Source of the DNA: a virus
Lineage: Duplodnaviria > Caudoviricetes
Virus record (IMG/VR): IMGVR_UViG_3300032218_002590
Coordinates: 15,379 to 79,378 of that record
Length of the DNA: 64,000 nt
Strand: one strand, 5' to 3'
Numbering within the stretch: the stretch's first letter is position 1; each line of letters starts with the position of its first letter. Made by a program: the position numbers and the translations under genes. Below, piece after piece: positions 20,278-29,383 of the stretch. The notes beneath the pieces were generated by a model that was not told the origin of the DNA, searched no databases, and saw only the letters and a program-made list of their open reading frames with translations.

Positions 20278-20792
20278 AATGGTTTAAAATTTTTATCACG
20301 AATAGTATAATTTTGAAATTTAAATGTTACGTCAGCGGTAAAATATTCTATGTCTCCTACAGTGGAATCAAATTGAATTGGTGTTAAATTAATGGGAAAT
20401 AATTTTTCGTAATCTACAAAAAATGCTGGATTAAAATTTGACGTTAAAATCATTAATTGTCCATTCGAATATTTAACTTCTCCGTCGCCATCAATATGTT
20501 GTTCAGAATTTCCGTTTCTTCTGATCCATTCATGAATGGAATAATAATTTTTTAGATCTTCGTCAATAATAAAGGTGACTTGTAGATCATCAAATGTTAC
20601 TCCGCCACCAGGAACAATTGGAAAATTTCTGAACCTAGTGGGAACTTCAGTAACAGGCATACTAAGTCCTGGAAGATTTGCTTTTTGACAAAAGAAATCT
20701 ACAGAATTAAATAATTCAAATTTTAATTGAAACCCTACTGGTGCTAGATAATTTCTATTTGTAGGTTGGTTTTTATACCATTCAGCAGCCAT
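20274..20792 (-). CDS. gp3: Tail tube terminator / tail completion protein (gp3-like)
   Basis: NYLAPVGF, FFCQKANLPG, FIIDEDLKNY; follows gp23. Confidence 0.85.
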   Translation of the reverse strand: MAAEWYKNQPTNRNYLAPVGFQLKFELFNSVDFFCQKANLPGLSMPVTEVPTRFRNFPIVPGGGVTFDDLQVTFIIDEDLKNYYSIHEWIRRNGNSEQHIDGDGEVKYSNGQLMILTSNFNPAFFVDYEKLFPINLTPIQFDSTVGDIEYFTADVTFKFQNYTIRDKNFKPL

Positions 20793-20814
20793 GTCAACTT
20801 CCCAAGCTATTAAC

Positions 20815-20822
20815 TATTTATT
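20815..20822 (-). promoter_or_regulatory. T4-type late promoter AATAAATA (gp3)
   Basis: tatttatt on plus strand, about 22 nt upstream of the ATG. Confidence 0.65.
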
Positions 20823-20827
20823 TGCAT

Positions 20828-20854
20828 AAAAAAAGAGCCCCCGAAGGGACTCTT
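20828..20854 (-). terminator. Intrinsic terminator after gp23
   Basis: AAGAGUCCC-UUCG-GGGGCUCUU followed by a U tract. Confidence 0.9.
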
Positions 20855-20872
20855 GAAGAATGTGAGAAGAAC

Positions 20873-22330
20873 TCACATGAGGTTTTGAATACGTACTCTT
20901 CTGTAGTACATGTTCTTCGAAGCAGTGAGTGCCTCAGCATCGGGTACAGGTACTCCGTCGCCATCAACACCGTTGAATACGAATGGGTTAGCAACCATAC
21001 CGTAACGGGTCTTGAAGCCAATCTTAGGCTGGAAGGTCTGAGGATCAATGCTGCGTAGCATCTGGAGGGGAACGTATGGGCAATAGAAGAGACCAGCATC
21101 ATAAGGTGATGTGCCCTTATAACCCATGACGTAGTAATGATCATTCGAAACGTTAGCCGAATAAGGGTCAACGAAGACCTTGATACGACCGTTGATGGTG
21201 CCAACCATGAGGTTGCCGGTGTCATCAACTTGACCGATGGAAGGACCACCAGCACCGTTTAGACCAGAAGTATAATCAAGTACACCAGCCATAGCTAGAG
21301 CTGAAGCAACGTCAGCGGAGCAGATTAGGAAGTTGCCCTTGCCTCTACGAGTTTCCTGAGCGATAGCATTAGCATCACGCTCAACTTGGAATAGAAGTCC
21401 TTTGAACTTCTCAACTGACCAACGACCGTTGGAATCAACGTCTAGGTCGAATACACCAGCTCTAGCAACGTTGTTCTGAGCACCAGGCTTAGCGATGGTG
21501 TACACAGTACGAACAACTTCACGGTTGATCTCAGCAAGAATCTCGCTTGAGAGAATGTTTGCTAGCTCTTGCTCAGCGTCAAGACCGTGAACAGCCTTAA
21601 GATCCTGAGCTAGCTCTAGAGTATACTCTGAACGTAGGGCTCTGGTTCTAGCGGTTACAGCGGACTTCTCGATGCTGAAGCTCATTTCGTTGAACAAGGT
21701 CGAACCTGACCCAAGAACTTCTGCAGTTGCACGAGAAATTTGACCTTGACCGCTAAGTGAAGAAGCACCACCTTCATAAGTACCAGCACCAGCACCAGCG
21801 TCATTAAGAAGACCTGGATTTGAAGCTGTGTATGAAGGATCGTTAGCAACACCAATTGGATCAATTGGATTATTGTAAGCAGCAGGACCCTGAGTGCTAG
21901 CCGAGAAGTTGATATCAGGCTCGTTAAATAGAGCTTCACGACCTTTACGTAGACCAGCAGAACCGTTGTGCTGATAGTGAGCCTTCATAGCGAAGATAAG
22001 TCCAGTAGGACCGCTCATTGGCTGAACGCCACAGATGTCATATGCCATTAGGTTAGGCATTGCACGACGAACTAGGCTGATCATGATAGGATCAAAACCA
22101 GCTAGTCCACCAGTTTTGGTGTCAAGACCTGAACCTGAAAGTGCGTTAGGACCGATAGCACCGATACCGTTAGGTGCTTCGGTTAGCATTGCGTTTTGGC
22201 GCATTGCTAATTCTTGGTTTTCTAGAATTACAGCAGTGACTTCTTTTCTGTACTTATCCGTAATGGCAGGAGCCTCGGAATGATTTAGAACAGGAGCCCA
22301 CTTCTCTGTAAGATGGGAAGCGTTGAACAT
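20873..22330 (-). CDS. gp23: Major capsid protein (gp23)
   Basis: LTEKWAPVL, GFDPIMISLVRRAMP, GVQPMSGPTGLIFAM, QPKIGFKTRYG. Confidence 0.98.
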   Translation of the reverse strand: MFNASHLTEKWAPVLNHSEAPAITDKYRKEVTAVILENQELAMRQNAMLTEAPNGIGAIGPNALSGSGLDTKTGGLAGFDPIMISLVRRAMPNLMAYDICGVQPMSGPTGLIFAMKAHYQHNGSAGLRKGREALFNEPDINFSASTQGPAAYNNPIDPIGVANDPSYTASNPGLLNDAGAGAGTYEGGASSLSGQGQISRATAEVLGSGSTLFNEMSFSIEKSAVTARTRALRSEYTLELAQDLKAVHGLDAEQELANILSSEILAEINREVVRTVYTIAKPGAQNNVARAGVFDLDVDSNGRWSVEKFKGLLFQVERDANAIAQETRRGKGNFLICSADVASALAMAGVLDYTSGLNGAGGPSIGQVDDTGNLMVGTINGRIKVFVDPYSANVSNDHYYVMGYKGTSPYDAGLFYCPYVPLQMLRSIDPQTFQPKIGFKTRYGMVANPFVFNGVDGDGVPVPDAEALTASKNMYYRRVRIQNLM

Positions 22331-22372
22331 TTTTACCTCTTGAACGTTTTATCGTTTGTTATTGGTTGATAA

Positions 22373-22380
22373 TATTTATT
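22373..22380 (-). promoter_or_regulatory. T4-type late promoter AATAAATA (gp23)
   Basis: tatttatt in the gp22-gp23 spacer. Confidence 0.7.
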
Positions 22381-22386
22381 ATATAA

Positions 22387-23538
22387 TTATTTCCAGCGGG
22401 AAATAGCATTTAGGTAAGCAGCCATTGCTGGTGTTACATCTTCGCTAAGCGTTACTGGATTGTCATCACCTACTTCAGAATGTGATACTGATTCAGGGAA
22501 ATACGATTTGCGAAGCGTCTTTACAGACTCAGCAAATCTCTCTGCTGTTTCAAATGTAATTCCTTCAGACAATGAAGCAAGTTTGTCTTTTTGCGTGTCG
22601 GCAAGTCCTTCTGAAACTTGGTTCAGAATTACTACTTTGGTTGACTCGGCAAGACGATTATTTAATTCCACGTTACGCTCAATTTGTTCGTTGAGGCGCT
22701 GTTCCATTTCACGAAGCTCGTCTGCAATTTCCTCGACGACTTCAATCTTGTCTTCGGGGATATTAATATAGTGCTCTTGGAATAAATTCTTGAGCCCTGC
22801 AATAAAATCTTCAGTGATTTCATTGCGTACACCACGATCAATAGCAACTTGATTTTGCTCGATCCATTGGCCAATACCATACTTGATAGTACCATTAACT
22901 TCTTCAGAAAGCTCAGCCTTAACAGCTTCTACTTGCTCAACAAGTTTAGTTTCAAAATGCTCTACAAGTTTTGCATGTTCTTCAACAAGCTTGGCTTTTA
23001 CGGCAGCTTCGAAAATAGTTTTTGCTTTATCTTTGTACTCTTCGGAAAGATCTTCGCCTTCGGTGAGAGCAGCGACATCACCCGAAAGATCTAACTCTTC
23101 GAAAGAAGGCTTGATAGGATAACTAACATTAGGACCCATTGAAGTTCCGTAAGCAACTTGAACACCTACGGTTGGGGTTGCATCTCCAGGATTCTTTTGA
23201 TGAGCTTGCTGAGGATCTCCTGAAATTTGTGAGATAGGAGCCGAAGCTTTTGCTCCAGGATTCTCTTCGCCTTCTTCGTCATCACTATGAAGAGGACCTG
23301 AAGTTGAACCACCTAAATCAACTGGAGCTTTTTGTCCAATTGCTACTGTAGGAGGAACAGAAGGAGCGGGATCCTTACCACCAGCCTTAGCTGTTTGTAT
23401 ATCGGAAATTTGTGAAGGCTCACTGCCGGAAGCAGGAATCACCGAAGCGGTAACTGTTGGCATGGGATCACCAGCTTCCAAGATAATGTTTTGCTCTTTA
23501 ACAAGCTCGCCAAATCTTTCGTTTAACATATCTGACAT
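22387..23538 (-). CDS. gp22: Prohead core scaffold (gp22)
   Basis: Acidic coiled coil, KAKTIFEAAV, GLADTQKDKL..L.EG; position before gp23. Confidence 0.92.
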   Translation of the reverse strand: MSDMLNERFGELVKEQNIILEAGDPMPTVTASVIPASGSEPSQISDIQTAKAGGKDPAPSVPPTVAIGQKAPVDLGGSTSGPLHSDDEEGEENPGAKASAPISQISGDPQQAHQKNPGDATPTVGVQVAYGTSMGPNVSYPIKPSFEELDLSGDVAALTEGEDLSEEYKDKAKTIFEAAVKAKLVEEHAKLVEHFETKLVEQVEAVKAELSEEVNGTIKYGIGQWIEQNQVAIDRGVRNEITEDFIAGLKNLFQEHYINIPEDKIEVVEEIADELREMEQRLNEQIERNVELNNRLAESTKVVILNQVSEGLADTQKDKLASLSEGITFETAERFAESVKTLRKSYFPESVSHSEVGDDNPVTLSEDVTPAMAAYLNAISRWK

Positions 23539-23577
23539 TTGAGTTTCCTCTGACTTCTTTTACGATTATTCTACGAT

Positions 23578-23585
23578 TATTTATT
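23578..23585 (-). promoter_or_regulatory. T4-type late promoter AATAAATA (gp22)
   Basis: tatttatt in the gp21-gp22 spacer. Confidence 0.7.
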
Positions 23586-23589
23586 AAAT

Positions 23590-24237
23590 TTATAGATTTG
23601 AAAGGAAATGCTGAAATGCATTAAGTTTCCTTTCTTCTAAATTTTTCCTAGTAGATTTGGAAATATATCTTTGATAGTTAGTAATTTGCTGTTCACGCAA
23701 AATACCATTCTCCCAAACCCACTCCTTACCTTCCATAATTCCATTTACAAATGCATCAGGAGCAGAAGGATCTGCTACAATATCTGCGGCAGTGGCGAGC
23801 ATGAAATCATTACGAACGTAGTTTGCTCCATTCTTTTCTTCTAGTGTTCCCATACCACGAGAAGAAACACCAAGCTTAACTCCGTTTTCTAAAAGATTCT
23901 TTGCAATGTCTCCCATAGGAGTTGTAAGAATTTGTGCCTTACCAATAAAATTACTTCCTTCAGCTTTGAGGGAAACAATTTTATGTGAGACACGTTCAAG
24001 GTTTACAGTAGGACCATCGGGATGTCCTAATTCACCGAGAGCACGACCAGCACCAACATAATGCTCATTGTATCTACCAACTTCACGTTCTAAAACGCTA
24101 AATGGATATACACGACCATTGCGATTTTTGATATCTGCTTGAAGAAATACTCCTTCAATATACAGATTTTTTTTGCCATTTGCTTCTTCTTCGAGGATTT
24201 TAACATCCTCAAAATTGCCCTCTGTGATTAGTTTCAT
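23590..24237 (-). CDS. gp21: Prohead protease (gp21)
   Basis: NRNGRVY, ALGELGHP, GVSSRGMG, DIVADPSAP. Confidence 0.96.
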   Translation of the reverse strand: MKLITEGNFEDVKILEEEANGKKNLYIEGVFLQADIKNRNGRVYPFSVLEREVGRYNEHYVGAGRALGELGHPDGPTVNLERVSHKIVSLKAEGSNFIGKAQILTTPMGDIAKNLLENGVKLGVSSRGMGTLEEKNGANYVRNDFMLATAADIVADPSAPDAFVNGIMEGKEWVWENGILREQQITNYQRYISKSTRKNLEERKLNAFQHFLSNL

Positions 24238-24410
24238 TCTTCTGTTTCTAGTGTTTCTACTGGCTCGTTAAAATATGTTGAAGCAACAGTTTGTTTGTAC
24301 ATGCCAATAGCTTCCGCCGCAGAATTCTGCATTAGATCATGAACAGCATCTAATGCTTCTGCTTTATGTTTGTCTGCAATTAAATTCACGATATCCAAAG
24401 TATTAGACAT
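24234..24410 (-). CDS. Small protein between gp20 and gp21 (58 aa, possible prohead core component), not in ORF track
   Basis: Manual translation MSNTLDIVNLIADKHKAEALDAVHDLMQ...YFNEPVETLETEE; ATGA overlap with gp21. Confidence 0.7.
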   Translation of the reverse strand: MSNTLDIVNLIADKHKAEALDAVHDLMQNSAAEAIGMYKQTVASTYFNEPVETLETEE

Positions 24411-24434
24411 ATAAATACAAGTTAATTTATAATA

Positions 24435-26123
24435 TTATTTAGCAGAAGGTTTATTTGACGATGGTTTAGGGGCTAATTTTGCTTTTTCTTTTTCTGCTTC
24501 TATTCCTCGTTGATGATCTATTTCCCCTTGAGCATCTTGAATTTCTGGTGCTAATGCAGAATTTTGACGGTCCATTAAATCAAGAGAAGTTGAATCTGAT
24601 GCACTAATAGCAATACCATTTTTAATATCTGTTTTAATTTGTTTATCCATTTCTTTATATTCTTTGTCAGTTTGCATAAGAATCTGACGACGAATATACT
24701 CAGTAGAAAAATACTTACCTACAAAAGGATCCATATCTATAACTAAAGATATGCGCTCTTTCATTAATTCTGTTTCTTTTAATTCATTGAAATGGTTATC
24801 AAATAAGTAATCATATTGGATGTGCTCCTCCATCTCTTCCCAATCTTCTGGAGTTAAAACACCTTTTAAAATTAACTGAGTTTTTAAAATATCGTGAAAT
24901 AGCTCAGAAAATCTTTTACGTAAACGACCAATAAACTTAGCAAACTTAAGTTCATCACGAAGTACTTCTGTGGTCTTGCCAAGATTGAATGCTTTGTTAT
25001 CATCGGTTAAACGTGATGGTGGTAGGTTTAAAGAGTTATAAAGTTTTTTGCGAAAATACTCTACGTCTTTTAATTCGCCAAGATTCTGACCACCAGGAAG
25101 TGTAGTAATTTCTGTTCCTCTTCCACCTTCTCTACGTGGTAGCCAAAAATCTTCAAGCATACTCATATGTTTTTTGTCGTCACGAATCTCACCTGTTTGT
25201 GAATCGTAAACAAGTTTATTGCGATAACGTGTCATTACATCACGAAGATATTGTTCGGCTTTTACTTTTGGTAGATTGCCTACATCAATATAAAAAATTC
25301 TACGTTCTGGAGCACGAGACAATCTGTAGATAACAAGTGAATCTTCAATCATTCTAAGTTGATTGAGTGATTTGATTGCCTTGTGTAGAAAACTAATTAC
25401 AATTTTTTTGTTGGTGTCTTTTAAACCAGAATCAGAATAAGCTACTGAATCTGCAGCTATTTTGATTCCTTGATTGTTGGCATAGTTAAAAGCACCTGTG
25501 ACATTAGGCACTCCAGCAACACCAAATCCTTGTGGATTGTAAACATAATATTCTATGTAATTACCCCAATCATATTCTAAAGCAGAACCTTGTTGAGTTT
25601 TTTTTGTAGATTCGTCTCTATCTATTTTTTGACGTATTTTTTTAATTTTTAGAGGATCAATATATCTTAATTCTAAAATTCCTTTTTTTGGATTATCTAA
25701 ATCAACTACTTTGTGATAATATAAACGTCCATCAATATACCAATTTCTAATAATTTGATGGGAATTTTTATCAAATCTTAATAACCTAAGAATTTGATTA
25801 AACTCTTGTCTAATTTTATTCTTGATTGTATCTCCAAGATCCAAATTAGATAATTCAATTTCTATCGGCGGGGTATCTGCATCGGATACAATAAACTCAT
25901 TCACGATTTCGTCGATGGCAGAATCGCATTCTGGATGCAATGCCATACTACGATAACGTTGAATGAGTTCAAATTCGTTTCGTGTTGTTCCTTCAGTATC
26001 AACATACGTACCAAAATAACCACCTGCTACAGTGGTTACTGAGTCATCTTGATTAGGAGAGATTGGGGATTGACCCTTCAATCCCTCCTTTTTGTTAATC
26101 TTAAAACCAAATAATTGACTCAT
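24435..26123 (-). CDS. gp20: Portal protein (gp20)
   Basis: WYIDGRLYYHK, YRLSRAPERRIFYIDVGN, EDFWLPRREGGRGTEI. Confidence 0.98.
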   Translation of the reverse strand: MSQLFGFKINKKEGLKGQSPISPNQDDSVTTVAGGYFGTYVDTEGTTRNEFELIQRYRSMALHPECDSAIDEIVNEFIVSDADTPPIEIELSNLDLGDTIKNKIRQEFNQILRLLRFDKNSHQIIRNWYIDGRLYYHKVVDLDNPKKGILELRYIDPLKIKKIRQKIDRDESTKKTQQGSALEYDWGNYIEYYVYNPQGFGVAGVPNVTGAFNYANNQGIKIAADSVAYSDSGLKDTNKKIVISFLHKAIKSLNQLRMIEDSLVIYRLSRAPERRIFYIDVGNLPKVKAEQYLRDVMTRYRNKLVYDSQTGEIRDDKKHMSMLEDFWLPRREGGRGTEITTLPGGQNLGELKDVEYFRKKLYNSLNLPPSRLTDDNKAFNLGKTTEVLRDELKFAKFIGRLRKRFSELFHDILKTQLILKGVLTPEDWEEMEEHIQYDYLFDNHFNELKETELMKERISLVIDMDPFVGKYFSTEYIRRQILMQTDKEYKEMDKQIKTDIKNGIAISASDSTSLDLMDRQNSALAPEIQDAQGEIDHQRGIEAEKEKAKLAPKPSSNKPSAK

Positions 26124-26150
26124 AACATTATAAAAATGTAACTTATATAC

Positions 26151-26158
26151 TATTTATT
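26151..26158 (-). promoter_or_regulatory. T4-type late promoter AATAAATA (gp20)
   Basis: tatttatt in the gp19-gp20 spacer. Confidence 0.7.
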
Positions 26159-26160
26159 AC

Positions 26161-26790
26161 TCAAACGTCAGCGTTAACTTGGCGAGTTGATAGTCCAGCT
26201 CTTGATGTAGTTACTGGCTCGGTGGTCCAATATGAATATTGAAACTCAACTGAAAACTCTTCAATCTGATCATTGCTATCATAACCAAGATCAATTTGAG
26301 AAATGTTGGTTGGGAATGCATACCATAATTTGTATGATCTCAAAATATTTGAGGACTCTGGAGTAGCACCTTTCTCTAATTGATGAACAAAGATGTGAGC
26401 TGCATAGCCATTCGCATCAGTAGCAGAAGGAACAAAAAGATCTGATGTGTTACCAGCATGACCATTGATATTTTCTGACCATTGCTCCATTATTGAACGA
26501 ACTTTGAAGTCCTTATCGTTAATGAATGTTGGACTCCAAGCGTCAAAAGTTCTGTCTCCAGAAATTTTAACAGTTCTGCCTCTGAAAGGAACTTCGATAA
26601 CTCCCAAATTGGAAGCAGGAAGAGCCGCAGATTTGCACATTAGATTGACAAGCTCTTTGTCTGATTCTGCAACACCAGTGCCAAAACTGCCACCGGGGAA
26701 TACAATATCAACTACGAACATGTTAGGCTTTACGCCTTGACCGACTCTACTGATAAAGTCGTTTAGTTTACTTGAGTATACTTTTGCCAT
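26161..26790 (-). CDS. gp19: Tail tube protein (gp19)
   Basis: CKSAALPAS, VPFRGR, GDRTFDAW, FPTNISQIDL, IEEFSVEFQY. Confidence 0.95.
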   Translation of the reverse strand: MAKVYSSKLNDFISRVGQGVKPNMFVVDIVFPGGSFGTGVAESDKELVNLMCKSAALPASNLGVIEVPFRGRTVKISGDRTFDAWSPTFINDKDFKVRSIMEQWSENINGHAGNTSDLFVPSATDANGYAAHIFVHQLEKGATPESSNILRSYKLWYAFPTNISQIDLGYDSNDQIEEFSVEFQYSYWTTEPVTTSRAGLSTRQVNADV

Positions 26791-26819
26791 TTTGGTTTAC
26801 CTCGTTGTTGTTTTATAAA

Positions 26820-29330
26820 TTAACGACCAACTACTTCACTGAACGATACTCCCGTCTTGGTAGCCGTGAAGGTAATCGTGATATAGTTGATGGAGCGGGT
26901 TGGTTTAATAAAAATTTCAGCAACGAATTCATTTCGGTCAATAACATCAGGAGTGTTGTTTGTATCATCACAAATCACGAGATAATCTGTAAGACCTCTT
27001 CTAGATTGAACTTCGCTCAAATAAGAATTGACGGCGCTTGAGAATGAAGATCTAGTACCTTCATCATTTTGTTCAAATAAAACTTGCTTGGAAAGACTAC
27101 CAACTCTCTTCTCAATATTTAAGAATAAACGACGAACGTTAATTCTATCAAATGCTGATGGGGAAGAAAGAGCAGTTTTATCTCCAAATAGAGTTGCTCC
27201 AGAACCAGGGAAAGAAACAATTGGGTTGATTCTTGACTGATAAAGTTCATCTCTATCAGCTTTGTTTGGATTATAAGCAAGCTTAATAGCGTTTCTTAAT
27301 GATCCTTTGTTAACTCCAGCAGGTGAATACCAATCATCGAGTGTGGCCGAAGTAGCTACACATAGACCAGCAACGTCTCCGTTGCATGGAAGATAACGAT
27401 ACTTATCGTTGAAGCGATCATAGAAATACTTATAACCACTATCAAAAATTGCATAAGAAGTTGAAGTTAACCCATTAAAGAAATTAATTGTGTTAATTTT
27501 TTGTTGGGAAGTAGTTAAAGGACTGTTGTTGCCAATTTGATTACCTTTGTGGGGTGATACAAAAGCGATACAATCTTTTCTAGAAGCAGCAATAGAAACA
27601 ATTTTATTAGCTTTAGCTTTAGTATCAGTTTCTGTTGCCATTGATCCGCCCATAAGGAGGAAATCAACTTCAGTAGCTTCTGTATCTAAGAACAAATCTA
27701 ATGCATCGCCAATTTCTGCCGAGTTATAAACATAATCATCAACGCCACCCGAAAGATCATATGCAGATACCAAAGCTAATTTAAATTTATCACTTGGATC
27801 TAACGCAGTTGATTCTAAACCCCAATCATAGTACGCATTACCAGCACCAATATTATAATTAGTTGCTGGATGAGCACCAGTAAAAATATAGGATGATTGT
27901 TGGTTAATTACACTTCTGTAATAAATGTCACCACCTTCGCTACTCTTTCCATCGGAAAGTTTTGAAAGATATGTAAATGTTTCAATAATATTATTTTTTG
28001 AACCAGAAATAGCACCTGTTGTATCAATAACAGCTACGTGTACTTCGTCCCAACCAATTCCTCTGCTTGAAGCATATTCCGAAGTTCCTGGACGAGGACC
28101 AACAGCAGATAATTTAATACCTGTTGTTTGACCCATACCGTATGTAATTTCTGTGTTGGTATACCAATCTTTAACATCAGTAACAGCAATTGCTGTGTTA
28201 GTTACCGAAGCTACATGGAAAGTAACGGCTGGGCCAGTTCCACCAATTAAATTAGCAGCAACAGTAATTGTATTTCCTGTAGCATAACCCGTACCGCCAT
28301 TAACTACGGCAACGCTAACTGCTCCACCGTTATTGGTTAGTGTGGCTACTTGGAAAGTAACTGGTGAACCAGTTCCGCCAATTAAATTAGCAGCAACAGT
28401 AATTGTATTTCCTGCAACATAACCCGTACCGCCATTAACTACGGCAACGCTAACTGCTCCACCAACTCCACCGCCAGCATCAGCAATCGTCACATTAACA
28501 GTTAATCCAGAACCAGAACCACCAGTAGTAGCCCGTGCATTGTAAGTTCCTGGAGTTCTAGCAATATCTGCAGCACTTATTTGATTTACAGTTGAGACTG
28601 TTCCTGGAGCAGTGGCAATAGTTACCGTAGCAGTTAACCCAGAACCAGAACCGCCAGTAGTAGCAACGCCAGTGTAAGTTCCTGGAGTTCTAGCAGAAGA
28701 TGTAGCACTTACTGTATTAACACCGTTAACTACTCCAGTGTCTGGGGTATCTAAAGTATCTGTAGTTGTAATTAATTGAGAATCATTAGTTAAAAGAATT
28801 GTAGCTACATTTTCAACAGAATCCCAAGAAATTACTTCTGCGGTTTTCCCGCTAGTAAAAGTTAAAATAGTTCCTTGTACAACACCTGCTGGATCAGCAG
28901 CTAATGTTACATACTGATCTGCTCCTCTATCGATCACGGCAGCTACGACCGAATTGCCCCAAGATCCTGCAGTTCTTGCAATAAAAGTTTCTTGAATAGC
29001 AGCACCAGAAAACCAATCTTGATCATTTTTAACTAAGTAGCCACCATCGCTACTCGCATTTTCTACGCCAGTAGTAGCACGAACAACTGCTAATCTACCA
29101 CCGTAGTTTAAGAATTCTGAAGCTACGTACCAATCTTCTGCGTTAGCATCGTTTGGCTTTCCAAAAATACTTACTAGTTCCTTTTGTGAACTAACATTTA
29201 CAATCTGTTCAATTGGTCCTTTTGAAAAAGTACCGGCAAAAGCAGCAGTTATTTGTTGAGCCCCAACCACTACAACATTAGATAGGTCACGCTCTTTTAA
29301 TACAATTCCAGGCGAGACTTGACTTGCCAT
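26820..29330 (-). CDS. gp18: Tail sheath protein (gp18) with a nested Gly/Thr-rich insertion
   Basis: SPGIVLKERD, FSKGP, RKDCIAFVSP, SAFDRINVRRLF, IKPTRSINYI; 836 aa. Confidence 0.97.
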   Translation of the reverse strand: MASQVSPGIVLKERDLSNVVVVGAQQITAAFAGTFSKGPIEQIVNVSSQKELVSIFGKPNDANAEDWYVASEFLNYGGRLAVVRATTGVENASSDGGYLVKNDQDWFSGAAIQETFIARTAGSWGNSVVAAVIDRGADQYVTLAADPAGVVQGTILTFTSGKTAEVISWDSVENVATILLTNDSQLITTTDTLDTPDTGVVNGVNTVSATSSARTPGTYTGVATTGGSGSGLTATVTIATAPGTVSTVNQISAADIARTPGTYNARATTGGSGSGLTVNVTIADAGGGVGGAVSVAVVNGGTGYVAGNTITVAANLIGGTGSPVTFQVATLTNNGGAVSVAVVNGGTGYATGNTITVAANLIGGTGPAVTFHVASVTNTAIAVTDVKDWYTNTEITYGMGQTTGIKLSAVGPRPGTSEYASSRGIGWDEVHVAVIDTTGAISGSKNNIIETFTYLSKLSDGKSSEGGDIYYRSVINQQSSYIFTGAHPATNYNIGAGNAYYDWGLESTALDPSDKFKLALVSAYDLSGGVDDYVYNSAEIGDALDLFLDTEATEVDFLLMGGSMATETDTKAKANKIVSIAASRKDCIAFVSPHKGNQIGNNSPLTTSQQKINTINFFNGLTSTSYAIFDSGYKYFYDRFNDKYRYLPCNGDVAGLCVATSATLDDWYSPAGVNKGSLRNAIKLAYNPNKADRDELYQSRINPIVSFPGSGATLFGDKTALSSPSAFDRINVRRLFLNIEKRVGSLSKQVLFEQNDEGTRSSFSSAVNSYLSEVQSRRGLTDYLVICDDTNNTPDVIDRNEFVAEIFIKPTRSINYITITFTATKTGVSFSEVVGR
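28195..28736 (-). repeat. Nested duplication inside gp18 (A1-A2-B2-B1)
   Basis: Direct repeats 28216-28328 / 28351-28463 (offset 135) and 28499-28563 / 28631-28695 (offset 132). Confidence 0.9.
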
Positions 29331-29368
29331 GTTTTTTACCTCTTGAAAATTTCATTTTAATCTGAAAT

Positions 29369-29376
29369 TATTTATT
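29369..29376 (-). promoter_or_regulatory. T4-type late promoter AATAAATA (gp18)
   Basis: tatttatt in the gp17-gp18 spacer. Confidence 0.7.
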
Positions 29377-29383
29377 AAAATCA

